From: Ginglymostoma cirratum
Lineage: Eukaryota
Length of the DNA stretch: 64,000 bases
Reading direction: 5' to 3'
Assembly (NCBI GenBank): GCA_024137785.1
Contig: JAHRHZ010000163.1
Coordinates: 814,163-878,162, forward strand
Shown: positions 1 to 12,626 of the stretch, piece after piece
Layout: each line of letters starts with the position of its first letter
Position numbering within the stretch: position 1 is the stretch's first letter
Program-made: the position numbers and the translations under genes
Notes under the pieces: model-generated
Told to the model about the DNA's origin: nothing
Databases searched by the model: none
The model's input: only the letters and a program-made list of their open reading frames with translations

Positions 1-578
1 AATGGTCGAGCCCAAACAATGTCCTGGTCAATCTGCTCTAAACGCACTCTAGTACAATTACACCCTTCCCGCAGCCTAACTATCAAAATGAAACAAAGTT
101 CTCTGAACACACGCTGAAATTTCTGGAGAAATTCAGCACGACTGGCATTATCTGTGGATATAATTGATTGTCACGTGCACCAGAGTACAGTGAAAAAAGA
201 ACTTTGCTTCCGAGCAGGACAAGCAGATCATAGTAAGCAAGGGTGTCCAGATCAGAGGTTGTAAAAAGATTTAGATAGAAGCAAACAGGTCACATTGCAT
301 AGGGCGTGCAGTGGGCGAAACCAACGTTAGTGAGATCAGCCTTTTTTGCTGTCCTGGGTCAGCGACTCAAACGTCTTCAGTTCTCCGGTCTAGATGGCCA
401 TAGTATCCATAAACCCGCCAGTAGATTCAAAATAAAATTACTAGTAATTATTACATATTTAGATTTATGTTTAAAAGTGTAGAACGGTAATAAGAAATGT
501 TAGGGTCAGATGTGCTCCAGGGATGTCACAAGGAGTCGCAACGTATCAGCGCCATCTTGAAAGCAGAGTTAATGTTTC

Positions 579-676
579 GAGATAACAAGGTGCAGAACTG
601 AATGAACGCAGCAGGCCAAGCAGCGTCACAGGAGCAGGAAAGCTGACGTTTTAGGCCTACACCCTTCTTCAGAAAT
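579..676 (-). mobile_element. PLE 3'-terminal fragment with degenerate hammerhead core
   Basis: Reverse complement reads CTGAAGAAGGGTGTAGGCCTAAAACGTCAGCTTTCCTGCTCC, the same tail as the PLE ends at 16133 and 39075. Confidence 0.7.
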
Positions 677-2164
677 GCTCCATTCTTCTTCAGTGCTCCA
701 TCGAGTTTAGAATAACGAGCGATGAGGAGAATTATCTTTGTGTCTTCCATCAAGTACCTGTTTTCTGTCGAATGGAAGGGTCAGCAGACGCGAAGCGTTA
801 ACTCTGTTTTTAATAAATTAATCATGATGTAGGATTCAATACAGGGAAGCCCGAAGTGATGCACAAAGAGGACACGAATATGGAGAGATGATACAAAGTT
901 GGGCAGTTGTTTCTGAAAAGTTTATATTTCAGGTCCACGATTACCTTTGGTAAAGGTATTTACTGTCCTTATCTAGTTATCATCGGAAGTGACTTTAGCC
1001 ATACATCGAGGTGATTGAAATCACAGTGCAATTGTAAAGTCGATAATTCAGACTCACTTGGAGCATTGTATGTAATACTTCTCCGAACTATTTACTAAGA
1101 ACGTATAAAGTGATTGGAAAAGACGCAGGTGCGACCTATTGGGATATAAAATCATTATAAAGGGCACAGGCAGGTTTTATCGGGATAGTGTAAAAGATGC
1201 AGAGTCACATTCACGAGATGTTGGGAAAGTTGGAAATGCTGTCACTGACACAAGGAAAATTGGTAAGTAAACTGATGGAGATTTTGCAGATGACGCGAGG
1301 CTCAGACTTTCTAAATAAGAGGGAAATTTCCTCTTTCGAGTGAATCAAAGTCAGAGAGGTCAGAGTTCCAAAAATGTCGCTGGATGATAAAGAAAAGATT
1401 GGAGCAGAGTTTCTTTCCCTCAGAGAGTTATTTGAATCCGCAACAATATTCCTGAAACAAAGATAAACGATTCCAGAACGTTTTAAATGAAAATTGAGCA
1501 ATCATACAAGGACCGAATTTAACAGCGGGGAGAGAGTTTGTGGCCGGGGCTGCGTGTGAGAGATTGTGGTGTGGAGGGTTCTGGGTGTCCGGAAATCAAT
1601 TTGGCTTTGAATGACTTCAGATGAGAAGAAATTTCGTGAACAGCAGATTAAAACTGAGTATAAAAATGCTCATGGTTTTGGAAGGAGTGGCATAATATTT
1701 GATGTGAAGCATTATAAATTATGAAACAACTGAGCAGGATTTTAAAACATACATAAAGGAAATATAGATATAAATAAATTGCGTGAACACGTGCAGTTGA
1801 ATAGCATCGACTATAAAAATTCTCACAGTTTTGAAACGTGTGGTCCATGATTCCCCGTGAAGCATTACAAACTGATTTTTTCTTTTATTTAATTGGAAGG
1901 AAAGGTATGCCCTAATAATTAGGAAGTGAACCGTCTCTCCAGGATGCAATTCCTGCTTCTATTTAGTGCCTTTACGATTTGACCATATTTAGCATAATTT
2001 TGGGTCCATTTCATACTTATTGATCTCTGCTGGGAGACCCACCAAGAAGACTCTGTCTTTTTGCATTTTCAACCCTCGGTTTTTCTTGGCAGCACATGTT
2101 AAAAGAGGAAATGAGTGCAGTACCAGGGGGCATGCCAGGAATGGCACCAGATATCCGGAAATAT

Positions 2165-2360
2165 GTAAAAGCTGAAAGAACTGTGGATGCTGTAAACCAG
2201 GAATAAAAGTTGCTGGTAAAGCTCAGCAGGTCTTGCAGCATCTGTGAAAGCAAAAACAGAGTTAACATTTAGGGTCCAGTCACGAAACTTTAAGTGTGTT
2301 TTTTTTCCTTCACAGATCCGGCCAGACCAACTGAGCTTTTCCAGCAATTTTGTTTTTGAT
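2165..2360. mobile_element. Fold-back (inverted-arm) PLE-tail derivative
   Basis: Left arm tgctggtaaagctcagcaggtc..cagcatctgtgaa is the reverse complement of right arm cacagatccggccagaccaactgagcttttccagca. Same tail as the PLE end at 15230-15280. Confidence 0.65.
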
Positions 2361-3242
2361 ACGGGAATATGTATTTCCCAAAACAGCAGTACTTGCCAAA
2401 CAGCGGACTGAGATGAGGCAACTCAGAGTTGGGTGAAACTTTGGGATTTGGTGTCCCAGAGGCCGAAGAGCCTCAGTCAACCCAGCATTTTCTTGTTTGT
2501 ATTTAAAACTTCCAGCAGCCACCCATTTGTTTTTTTTTTCTCTGTTAAGTGGAACTGTTTAACTGGAACAGGAAACGGGTTCTGACTCGCACTATGGCAG
2601 ACAGACTGGAAACTCCTGAATGTTAGACCTGCGAGATCAGACTGCAACATGTGCAGGACAGTTCGAAAGAGAGGGGTAGGGGCAATTCTACATTGGACAG
2701 GAAATGGTGGTTTCCATTCCTTGAGTTGTCAAAAATAGAAGATATTTAATTGAGAGCAACAATCAATAAAGTACTTTTTAAACATAGTCATTGTTGAATC
2801 TGGAACTCACTGTTAATGTGTCATAAAGCTATCATCCATCAGAATATTTCAGAAGTTTTTAGATAATCATTTGAGGCGCCAGAGTGCTCATGGGCAAGGC
2901 CAGATGATGGAAAGAGGGACGAGGAAAGACGATAAAAATGACAAAAACATTGGACAAAGAGCTGTTTGCAGTGCTTTAAGGGGCAGCCAGGCTGCATTAC
3001 GCGTGACTGTCTAGCCGAATGGAGATTGAGTTGGACGTGAGTTGGACGTGAGATTGAGTTGGACCTTCTAAAGCGGCCTTTTCAGGCTATGAGTTCAAAT
3101 TTCGCTAGTGTTGTACCTTTGTTGTTTTTGACCAAATGGATGGATGATCATCTTTACAGTTATAACGTCAAACGGAGACAAGAGAAAGAGCTGCGGTTTG
3201 ACTAAATTATATTAGAAGAAATATGCATGCAAACATAATTGA

Positions 3243-3313
3243 TTCCTACCCGCTCGTGGTTAAGTTTCAGAGCTTTGGCCGCCATGGCCGGGCTTCTATT
3301 CCTAGTCAGGGAA
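3243..3313 (+). tRNA. tRNA-Glu pseudogene (degenerate)
   Basis: GTGGTTAAGTTTCAGAGCTTTGGCCGCCATGGCCGGGCTTCTATTCCTAGTCAGGGAA aligns to vertebrate tRNA-Glu. It shares its downstream flank with the Glu copies at 36264 and 50956. Confidence 0.7.
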
Positions 3314-3824
3314 TTAAGATTTATTGTTACTGATAGTGACAGCAGCAGAAGCAGAGCAGTTCTGACAGAAATCCCTTCAATGTCTACCATCAGTTAATGT
3401 TCCCGAGAACATCACAGTCAATGCCTCGGAATCTTAAAGATGATGAAGGTGCCTTGACTGTCTCTGCTCAGTCGGACAGTTCACCTTTCATTTTCCTCGG
3501 ATCCCACTTCCCAAAGAGCTTCTAAAGATTCACAAAGCTGAGACTAGGTTTTCAGTATTGTTTCCTTGCTATTCCCAGAGCCGCAGTGATTGGGTTGGTG
3601 GGTTTGAGAAATTCAGAGGTGCCCATGAGCAGCTTGTGGGATTATTTCAGCCTTCCCTCCTCTGATGACGCTGCGACATTAATACTGATGTTCTTGGTGA
3701 CATTTACTGTTGCAAGAAAGTGAAAGGAGTCTCATTCGTGTAGTTTAGAAATTCAAACCTCATCGCGGTTTCAGACTGATCAGAAATATTAATTTGGAAG
3801 TATGAAGAGGTTGTGAACTGCTCG

Positions 3825-3890
3825 TGAGCCAGAGAGAAACCTACAATCTTCTCATGCCTAATCAGACGTTATCCAATGCACTACTGGCCC
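3825..3890 (-). tRNA. tRNA-Arg(ACG)-derived pseudogene
   Basis: Reverse complement GGGCCAGTAGTGCATTGGATAACGTCTGA..GAGAAGATTGTAGGTT..TGGCTCA. Positional paralog of 35717. Confidence 0.7.
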
Positions 3891-4440
3891 TGTGTTACTC
3901 CGTACAGAGCTGAGCAAAGTGAATATGGTTTATTTGAAACCAAGAACATGAAGTTTCTAAAGACCCATGCGCAGGTATACAGTCAGTTATTTGTTTTGTC
4001 GTTACGTTTGTGAGAATATTGGTGTTAAGATGCCTTAGCGTATCTGTATTAGAATCTCCCTACACCCCCAACCCCACCCACAACAAAATCGTTTTATTTT
4101 TCTCATTGTGTCTGATGGAGGATTGAGAATAATTCCTCGATCCGCCCTGAGACATACAGACTGGAATCAATCTCGCCTATTCGGAGCAGGATATATCAAG
4201 GAGAAAGATTGAGGGTGAGAAGAGAGAGGCTGAAACAATGAAGTGAAGAATGGCAGGATGAGGGAGGCAAAGTGACGGACAACCGGGTGGACAGTGAAAG
4301 AAGATGATTGGACACTGGCAGAGAGAGCGAGGAGGAAAGAAAGAAATTGCACGACCTTTCGACCCCCCTTGCGCGTAGTAATTTCTCTTTGGGATACAAT
4401 CACTTCCTTTAATCGTGTGCAGGACTGTTTAATTAGTGGT

Positions 4441-4512
4441 GAGCTCAGGGCGTAACGGTAGCGCGTTGGATTCCCGATCAGCAGGTTGTGTGTTCAAATC
4501 ACGTGGTGCCTA
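4441..4512 (+). tRNA. tRNA-Trp-derived pseudogene
   Basis: GGCGTAACGGTAGCGCGTTGGATTCCCGATCAGCAGGTTGTGTGTTCAAATCACGT aligns to tRNA-Trp(CCA). The anticodon and acceptor stem are mutated. Confidence 0.8.
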
Positions 4513-6289
4513 TTGGCATTGGACTGTAGTGTAAGTGCTACTTATATGGTAATAAATCTTATTGTCTTGGGGTGCTGCTTGATCATGTTTCTCATCGTCA
4601 GCAGCTTTCAAGGACGTGCGTTACTTTCCTGCCAGCTTTATATGTGAATAATGCTACAGGGATGTGGTGTGCCCAAACACAAACTGTTCATGAGATGGCT
4701 GAAACTCGCAGCTGTTTCGTTCGTTTAGCGACAGCGCAATGTTAGTAAAATTACACTGATATCTTTCTCACTTAATTCGTAAAAATGCAACTTTACGTTT
4801 CAACATATCAGGACTTTCCAGCTCCTCCTGTTAAAGCAGGTGACATTGAGTTCAGAAAGTTCAAAAATGTTTCCAACCAACAGCAATTCCTTTCACAGTT
4901 ATAATGATCTTTATTCAATTGCAGGAGAGGAAACTGCAATCCCACGGACTCCTTCATATTAACAGTGAGGCTGCATTTTATAAACTGTATCAGCAAAATC
5001 CAATGGCGGACAATGAGTTCAGTCCCAATGTTGGTTGGTGCTGTCCGCTTCCTGATAGTTGTGTGAGTTACAGCCAGATTCTCCAGGAAATATATGTCAT
5101 GTGGTTTATTCCCGGAACAATAGAACAATGAGTCTAAAGTCAGAATTCTGAAAATCGTCCAGTATTTGAATTTGAGAAAAAAAAAATCATTAAACCAAGT
5201 GAATAAATGTATTTTGCAAACATTTGTCTTTAGGACGCAATGAAGATCGCAACAGGTCTCCGCTCTCTCCGTGTGCTCGATCGGGTTTGGCCTCAAAATG
5301 TCCTCAAATCATCCCCATGACCGCATAAAGGCAAGAGACTGGAGGCGCTGGATATGTGAAATTTTAAAAAAATCACAGAAAAGCAGCAGGCCCTGCAGCA
5401 TCTGCAGAGAAAGATTTCGGATTTCAGATTTGTGACATTTCTTTGGAGCTGAAAGTGCTGCCGACCTGTTGACCATTTCCGGGATTTTCTGTTTGTCTTT
5501 CCTCAGCATCAGAGCGGTGAAATAAAACAGCCCCAGAAGCAATCTGTAAGAGGAAATGTGGAGGTTGCAGTTAGAGAGAAAAGTCCAGGTCGCTCTCCGA
5601 CAGTTTCCGAGGGATTCACGAGATGTCTGCAAAGCAAGTGGAGTATTCACTGTAGATTTGACCTTGACACCGTTTAGTTTGTTCTGCTACCACCGCTGTT
5701 ACTGCGGACACATTTCTCAATCTCACCAGAAGTAAACATCAAATCACAAGACTGAGGAGCAAAGGGAAGCCATTCAACCCATCGCGTCTGCTCATCCATT
5801 CAACTGGATAATCACTGATCTGATTAACCGCAAATCCACTTTCCTGCCGTTGTTCTTTAACTTTGTTCTTTAACTCAAGCCTGACCAGGGCTTCTGTATT
5901 CCCGTTAAATATCGAAAGTTTAGATTGTTGTAAAGACTTGATGACATGTGCGAGTTTGCAGGGAGTTCAATAACATGAAACAAGCAAAAACGGTATTCTT
6001 ACAACTTAACCCAATGCAGGATCAGTCATGTGAGAAAGGTCAGCAAGCGAAAACATTACCCACGTTTATCTCTGCATAGATGCTCCTTCACGAATGTTTG
6101 CAGGATTTTTCTTTATAATTGGGACATTTCCCTGGATAGATCCTCCCTCAATCCAAAGTATCTCTGCTGCCGAAAACTAGTTTGCTGCAGATGAAAATTG
6201 CTTAGTATCTTTTCCCTCAGCCTGTTTTCCCAATAATTACGACTGAACAAAAAGTGCTGGAATAATCCTTGCTCCATGTCAATAAAAGC

Positions 6290-6378
6290 TCCTCCGGGTG
6301 AGGTTGGAGCTCACAGCCTCCGCATTTCACTACACCGTCATAGAAAGACCGCACGCTCACCGATTGTGTCACTGGAGC
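6290..6378 (-). tRNA. Intron-containing tRNA-Ile(TAT)-derived pseudogene
   Basis: Reverse complement GCTCCAGTGACACAATCGGTGAGCGTGCGGTCTTTCTA[TGACGGTGTAGTGAA]ATGCGGAGGCTGTGAGCTCCAACCTCACCCGGAG, with a 15-nt intron at 37/38. Confidence 0.8.
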
Positions 6379-8093
6379 CGCAGAGTAGCTCCGTGCGCGC
6401 GTTGCCATCCCCATTTCCGGTTATGTCTTCATGGTTGCGCCACTAAGTTTCTCTGGGTTTCTTACGGAAATGGTACTCACTTACTCTCACACTATCCGCA
6501 ACATCTTGTTTAGCAAGTAAATATTACAGTCAATTCAAAGTACGAAAATAACGCTAAATACCGTATTTTCAAACTTCACAGCGTGTAATTCATGCTAAGT
6601 AACTGTTGCTTATCAAGTGTAATGTTTTAGGGAAAATGAACACTTTTTTTTTCCTGTGTGGGAACGTACTCTGAAGTTGAGCTTATTCATTGTGTAAAAT
6701 GATCGCAAATGACCTCAATTTGTCAGTTATCATTTTCTTTGAAATGGTAAGCCTTCTTCTGGCGGCCACACAGTCACTAGGACTGAGCCAGCTCCCTGTT
6801 AATGACATGTGATTGAAAGCTCCTTGAATCATTTCTAAGCTGATTGCTGGATTAGTCCGTGGTTATTGATCCACAGTTTAGGTTCAGTCCTTGCAGTTCA
6901 CGCTCAACTACTCCAACAGGTCGATGTGATGTATCCAGTGTGCCCTAGTCCATATCAAATACAAGTGTAAGCAGCCTATCCAAAGGCTTCATATTAGGTC
7001 GATAAGCCCTCTGAAGAAGAACGTTAAACGCCATGAAAAGGCCCAGCTTAAAACTGCCTCTACTTCACTGAGTGAATGAAGGGGAAGTTTAGTGCTCCAG
7101 CCTGATGTTCAATGCATTATGTCACTTTAAAAGTGACAGAAGTCACAAAAAAACTTCTGGATCAATAAAACTGCTCAGGATCACAGAATGTGAACGCCAC
7201 CTTTTTTCGAAAATGATGAAGCTGGGTATGCGGCGAACAGAATCCAAGCGAGAATGATCTTTTTGCTTAGGTTACAGCAGAGAAATGAGAGGATTCCTCC
7301 TGAAGCTTCTCCAAGGCACAGCGAAATTTTTCTTTCTGTGTGACCTGTCTTAATTTGATCAATGAAATGTTTATTGTCAGGAGGGGAGGGGCAGGGTTGT
7401 GAGCATTCCCAGCATTTTCCGAGTGTAAAGGCAGGGCCCTGTAAAAAAAAAGTGAAAGCCTGTGACAGACCGGGAAGCCGATTTACTTCACTGACGCAAG
7501 AAATAAGGGACAAGGCAGAAGAAATGCTGATGAACCAACTTTAACTGTTCAGTTGCAGCTTCTTAAATATTTCCGTCCCTGGGAAGAAGCTTTCCCCACT
7601 GTGACCTTGGTTTAAGATCCAGACGGAGAATGACTCCGCGTTGCTGCAGTGAGAGTAGACACAATGGAGAGGGCTTCTTAACAAAGATAAATCAGTTCAG
7701 AGAAACTTTGTGGAGTGACATTGACGGTGAGTCTTATCCTGAATGGCCTTTCGGCCCAGTTGGAATAATCCAAAATGTCATCCGTGGAAAACAAGTACAG
7801 AGGGAGGGGAGTGAATGGGCTGTGATTAGCTACAATGTGTGAGAGAGAAACTGGCTGAAGAAATGATGAATCAAGGTTGAATGTGGGTGGGAATGTGACG
7901 AAAGTTTCTGTGTTTGATGGTTTATTGTCATCTAATTCTCCCTCGAAATGAATCAAAGAAGCATGATTTTTCTTGAATTTTACTGATGTTATAATTCGTC
8001 TGAAGCGAGTATGAATTCAAATCTACCGAGCGCGTGGTAGTTTGATGAGATCATATGTTATCTTCCACTGTGCAAGCCAATTAGTGAGTATGT

Positions 8094-8175
8094 GATGAGG
8101 TGGTCGAATGGTTAAGGCAATGGGCTGCTAATCCATTGTTGTCTGCATGCGTGGTATTGGGTCCCGTTCTCGTTG
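8094..8175 (+). tRNA. tRNA-Ser(GCT) pseudogene
   Basis: GATGAGGTGGTCGAATGGTTAAGGCAATGGGCTGCTAATCCATTGTTGTCTGCATGCGTGG with a long variable arm. The B-box is destroyed. Confidence 0.8.
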
Positions 8176-8499
8176 TTGTGTTCGTCAGTTCTCGTTGCTC
8201 ATACTTTTGTTGGTACCTCGTACCGTGATCCATCGTCCTGCATAATCACTGATTTGTCAAAGGCATCAGGTACACCAATTGTATTGGGCAAATACAGCTT
8301 GTGCACAAGTTCATCATACAAGATATCTGTGGCATGCAGAGTGCCATTGGTTGCTCCCAGGTAGCATCACCTTAGTTTTTAATAAATGGATAAACCTAGT
8401 TACTGATCTGTCTGAGCAGATAAGTAGGCTTTTTTAGTCATTTTATCCAATCCGCTCACAATATTGAACATATAGATTAAATAAGACCACGGATGCAAT

Positions 8500-10320
8500 G
8501 AGGTAGGAGTAGTGGAAATGAAGTAGGAGCAGAAGTATTCGACGTATCGAGTCTGCTCCACCATTCAATGAGTTCATGGCTGATCTGATAATCTTCAACT
8601 TCATTCTCCTGCCTTGACTGGATAACCCTTGAACGTCTTACATATTAATCATCTGTCCAACTCAGTTTGACAATAACCAGCAATCCAGCCTTGACAGCCA
8701 TCTGCGGGAAAGTATTCCACGGTTTCACTGGCACCTGAGGGAAGAAATGCCTCCTAATTTCCGAATTAAATGGGTAACAACTTATTCTCACATCATGTCC
8801 TGTCGTCCTCCTCTCTCATGCTAGGGGAAACTACCTGTCCATAACTACCCTGTCAAGGTCCCTCAGAATATTGAATGTTTATAAATGTCATTGCATGATT
8901 ATAAACTCCTGTCATCCTGCTTTGTTCCAAGGAGAACAAGATCAGCCTAAACATAAAGCTCCATCTTATCCAGTCCTGGCTACTTCCTTGTAAATCTCCG
9001 CTGCACCCTGCAGGGTCCTTAAATATTTTTAATGCAGATGGAGAGAAGGCATACAGAGGCATACAATGCCGAGGTTGCGGTGATATTTGTACAATGGTTA
9101 AAGATTACCTTGATTCAGGAGATAAGGATATAGAATCAGATGTAGGGGATATAGGAACAGATGAGGGGAAGTGAGGGAAAGAAGCCACCAGTGGTTGTGG
9201 TTTATAAGCCAACTATCAGTAAGCACAATATGAAATAAAATGAACACGAGAAACATACTGTGTGTGAAAAATAAAGGGATGGTAATAATCGTGGGTGACC
9301 TTAATTTACCCCTCTCCTACTCCCGTGTTCATTGCAAATAAAGTTTAGAGAACTACAAACAACACATCAAATATGTTCCATAGAACAAGACTAGAGATAT
9401 CTTGGTCTTCGATTAATTTACAGGCTACTTAGTTTCAGCCTTTTTCTTGGGAACCCATCTTTTTCATTGTGAGCATTAGGAAAGGAAGCCACCTTTCTTT
9501 TTGCCAGATAAATAAATAAATATCTGTATCCCGTTGCAGATTCCCACGTCCTCATCATAACATGCCCTCCTATCTATTTTGTATTGACTGCAAAACTGGA
9601 CACATTACACTCTGCCACTTCCTCCAAGTCATTAGTACAGAGATGAATAATTAAGACCCGTGTCTGACCATTCCAGCACTCTATTAATTGCATATTTCCA
9701 ACCCAAAAATACTGATTAATCCCGACACTGAGCCTTCTCTGAATTAAACAATAGGCAGTCCATTCTCATTTATACCCAATACCGTAAACTCGTACCTTGT
9801 TTAGTGACCTATTCAGTGCCTGCTAAAAATTTAAATGCACTTCATCTCCCAACTCCCTTGATCAACTGTGCTTGGAATATTACCAAAGAACTCTGGCAAA
9901 ATTTTCAAGTGTGAGTTTCTTTCAACTAATGACATTGACTGTATTTTACTGCAATAACCTTTCCTAAACGTCCTCTATCTCACCCTTTACAATGATCTCT
10001 AGCATTTTGCAAATGACAGCTAAGACGTTGGAACAGATCGAAGTCATTTGGCCCATCAGGTCAGTTACAACTTTAAATGAGATCATGACTGATTTGGTCA
10101 TCCTCAACTCCACTTTTCTGCCTTATCACCGTGGCCCTTGAATCCCTAAATGACTAAATCTCTGTCTATCTCAGCCTTCAATACACCCAGCCTTGACAGC
10201 ACTCTGTTGGAAGAATTCCACAGATTTGTTATCCTCTGAGCGGGAGAACAACTTCCTCGTCTCTGTCTTAAATGGGAAATCCCTTCCCCCGAGACTATGC
10301 ACCCGGGTGTAAATCAGTGC
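8500..10320. mobile_element. Cluster of old CR1-type LINE fragments
   Basis: CR1-like 3' tails (ccattcaatgag..catggctgatctg at ~8560 and ~10070), an endonuclease-like remnant (..IIVGDLNLP at ~9285) and an RT remnant on the minus strand. Confidence 0.55.
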
Positions 10321-10761
10321 ACAGAAAACTCCTGAAGTTAATTATGAAGTCATTGGCGAATCCAGCGGAAGCTGTGAGTATCTGAAACATTTTCATTTTT
10401 GACCTCTAGTAAAACAAATTATCCTGATTTGGACATTAGATTGGCCAATGATGAATCTGCTTCCAAAGTACGTCATTGGTTGTGATTTAGATGTTGGTTA
10501 AAGGAGCTTTCAAAATACAAGGACATCTTTCTTTCTTGATCCGTTGCCCTGACTATAAACCTCTCTGTTCATGGAAATGGATTCTTCCCATTCACTCTAT
10601 TTCTCAACAATGTAGTTCAATCCAACCTCCCAGCAGCCTCCTCCATTCTGATCAAATACAGGGTAAGAAGAAATATAAGGATCGTGGCAGAGACAAGCCG
10701 AATGCTCCTCCTTCCTGCTGAAACCATTCCATGAGAAATATTAACCTCCATTTTGGCCTCT

Positions 10762-10845
10762 GTGGTCATTGCTGAGTGTTTAAGGCGATGGATTCGAAAT
10801 TTATTACGATTTTCTCCGCGCAGGTTCGAATTCCTGCTAACTGCA
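10762..10845 (+). tRNA. tRNA-Ser (NGA-type) pseudogene
   Basis: GCTGAGTGTTTAAGGCGATGGATTCGAAAT...CCGCGCAGGTTCGAATTCCTGCTAACTGCA aligns to tRNA-Ser(AGA/CGA/TGA). Confidence 0.8.
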
Positions 10846-11538
10846 TTTCCTTAACACTTTTTTGAAATAATCCCTGATCAATGAGTTATCGCTCCAACCC
10901 GAGGAAATCTGTCTCACAATTCCACCTGAGTGTCTGATCATTTATTGACATTCAGGAAACACGAGTTCTGAACAAGAATCTCACCAGACTCAAAATTTTA
11001 CCTCTGTTCCTCTTTCCACAGATACCACTAAACATGTTGAGTTCTGCAGTATTCTCTATATTTAAACTACATGAATGGTTTTACATTAAATACCTTGAAT
11101 CGCAGTCTCTGGTAACTGACACTGGTCAGTGGCTACAGTTTCTCCCGATCATCACCCCGCCCATCCCCACTACTCCCTCCCCCACTGTTATAAACAACTC
11201 CAGGAAATCTCCGTTTAAACTTCTTTGCTCCAAAGAACATTTCCGACCTTGGGGATTACTCTATCAAACGGGATTTCCTCATCCCTGGACATGGTGCAAG
11301 GCAGAGGATTGTGAAGAGATTTTGTGAAAATATTGTCAGTTGGGGGCGGGGATAGTGGGGTGGAGCGTGGAAATATTAACGAAGCAAAATAGAAAACCCT
11401 GTCTCCAACTTTGTGAATCTTTAGAAACTTTTTGAGAACTGGAATCACAAGAGAATGAAGGGTAATCTCTCCGACTGAACACTAATATTCAAGACATCTG
11501 CTTGTTCTTTAAGAGGCCAGGACGTTGACTCTGATGTT

Positions 11539-11752
11539 TCAGAGATAGTAGGAACTGCAGATGCTGGAGAATCTGAGATATCAAGATGTAGAGCTAGATG
11601 AACACAACAGGCCAAGCAGCATCAGAGGAGCTGGAAGGTTGATATTTTGGGCCTAGACCTTTCTTCACAAAATAGGCCCGAAACGTCAGCCTTCCTGCTC
11701 CTCTGATGCTGCTTGGCCTGCTGTGTTCATCCAGCTCTACATCTTGTTATCT
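11539..11752. mobile_element. Fold-back PLE-tail element with 14-bp TSD
   Basis: Inverted arms. TTGACTCTGATGTT is duplicated at 11525-11538 and 11753-11766. Confidence 0.85.
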
Positions 11753-12309
11753 TTGACTCTGATGTTCTCAGGACATGAATTGATCTGAGACATTAAAAGG
11801 ATTCTCTTTCCTGCACATCAGGAATTCAAATCTCATTTCGGCTCCAGGACAATGAGAAAACTCGGGAATAGACAAGGCACTGAAAGGATCAAAGGGAGAC
11901 GGCCCCAGTGAAATGGATGTGTCTACAGAGGGTGGGATCAGACTGTTCTCATGTCTCCACAATGAATGTCCCAGGCTTTATTTTGGAAAAAGTAAAACTG
12001 ATACAGGACGTACACCACTGGAAGAGAGGCAGACCGAAGGTTCCATTCACTAAGAGCCTGATGTAAGGGATCGCTAAAGCTACTGTCAGCTGAGCTCTGA
12101 GACATGATCGGTCAGCACATTTGATTACCAAGGAATGAGTTGATAGTTTGAGGGCAGCCAGGAAAGAATGATTGCTATTCTCCCTTCAGAAGTTCTCTAC
12201 GTTACGCAGTTTTGGGTTTTTTGAAGCGTTTAGGGAAATGTTCCCCAAATGGAAATCTTATCCAGAGAGTAAACACAAAGGTGTTTTGATGTTGTTTTAA
12301 TAGCTCATG

Positions 12310-12472
12310 TAAAGAGCTGCGGATGTTGGGAATCTCAAAAAGAAACAAAAAAAAGCTGGAGAAACTCAGCAGGCTTGGCAGTACCGATGGGATAAAACAG
12401 AGTTCTGAAACATTGACTCTGCCTCTCTGCCAGATCTGCCGAGCGTTTCCTGAAATTTATGTTTTTGTTTTT
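12310..12472. mobile_element. Fold-back PLE-tail derivative
   Basis: Inverted arms gctggagaaactcagcagg / ctgccgagcgtttcctg. Confidence 0.55.
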
Positions 12473-12626
12473 AAATGAATGTTTATCCCTTCTATTGGGA
12501 TGGAACAAGCAGATTCACCATGTACCGAATTTAATTCTTTAGAAATCGGAGAAGTGATTAGATTTAAACAAACCTAGTAATGAGTCACTCTTCCTCAGTT
12601 CCACAGACAGAGAGAGACCTGGAAAG

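Noticed and set aside
3022-3064. Short tandem duplication gagattgagttggacgt
   Set aside because: Local slippage; no spacers, so not CRISPR-like.
4808-5650. 162-aa and 113-aa ORFs
   Set aside because: No domain features; they overlap duplicated tRNA spacer DNA and a PLE-tail remnant.
7595-7645. Possible tRNA remnants (Leu-like here; also ~3005-3113, ~7243-7260, ~37090-37160 and ~54570-54622)
   Set aside because: Matches are too short or degenerate to call by eye.
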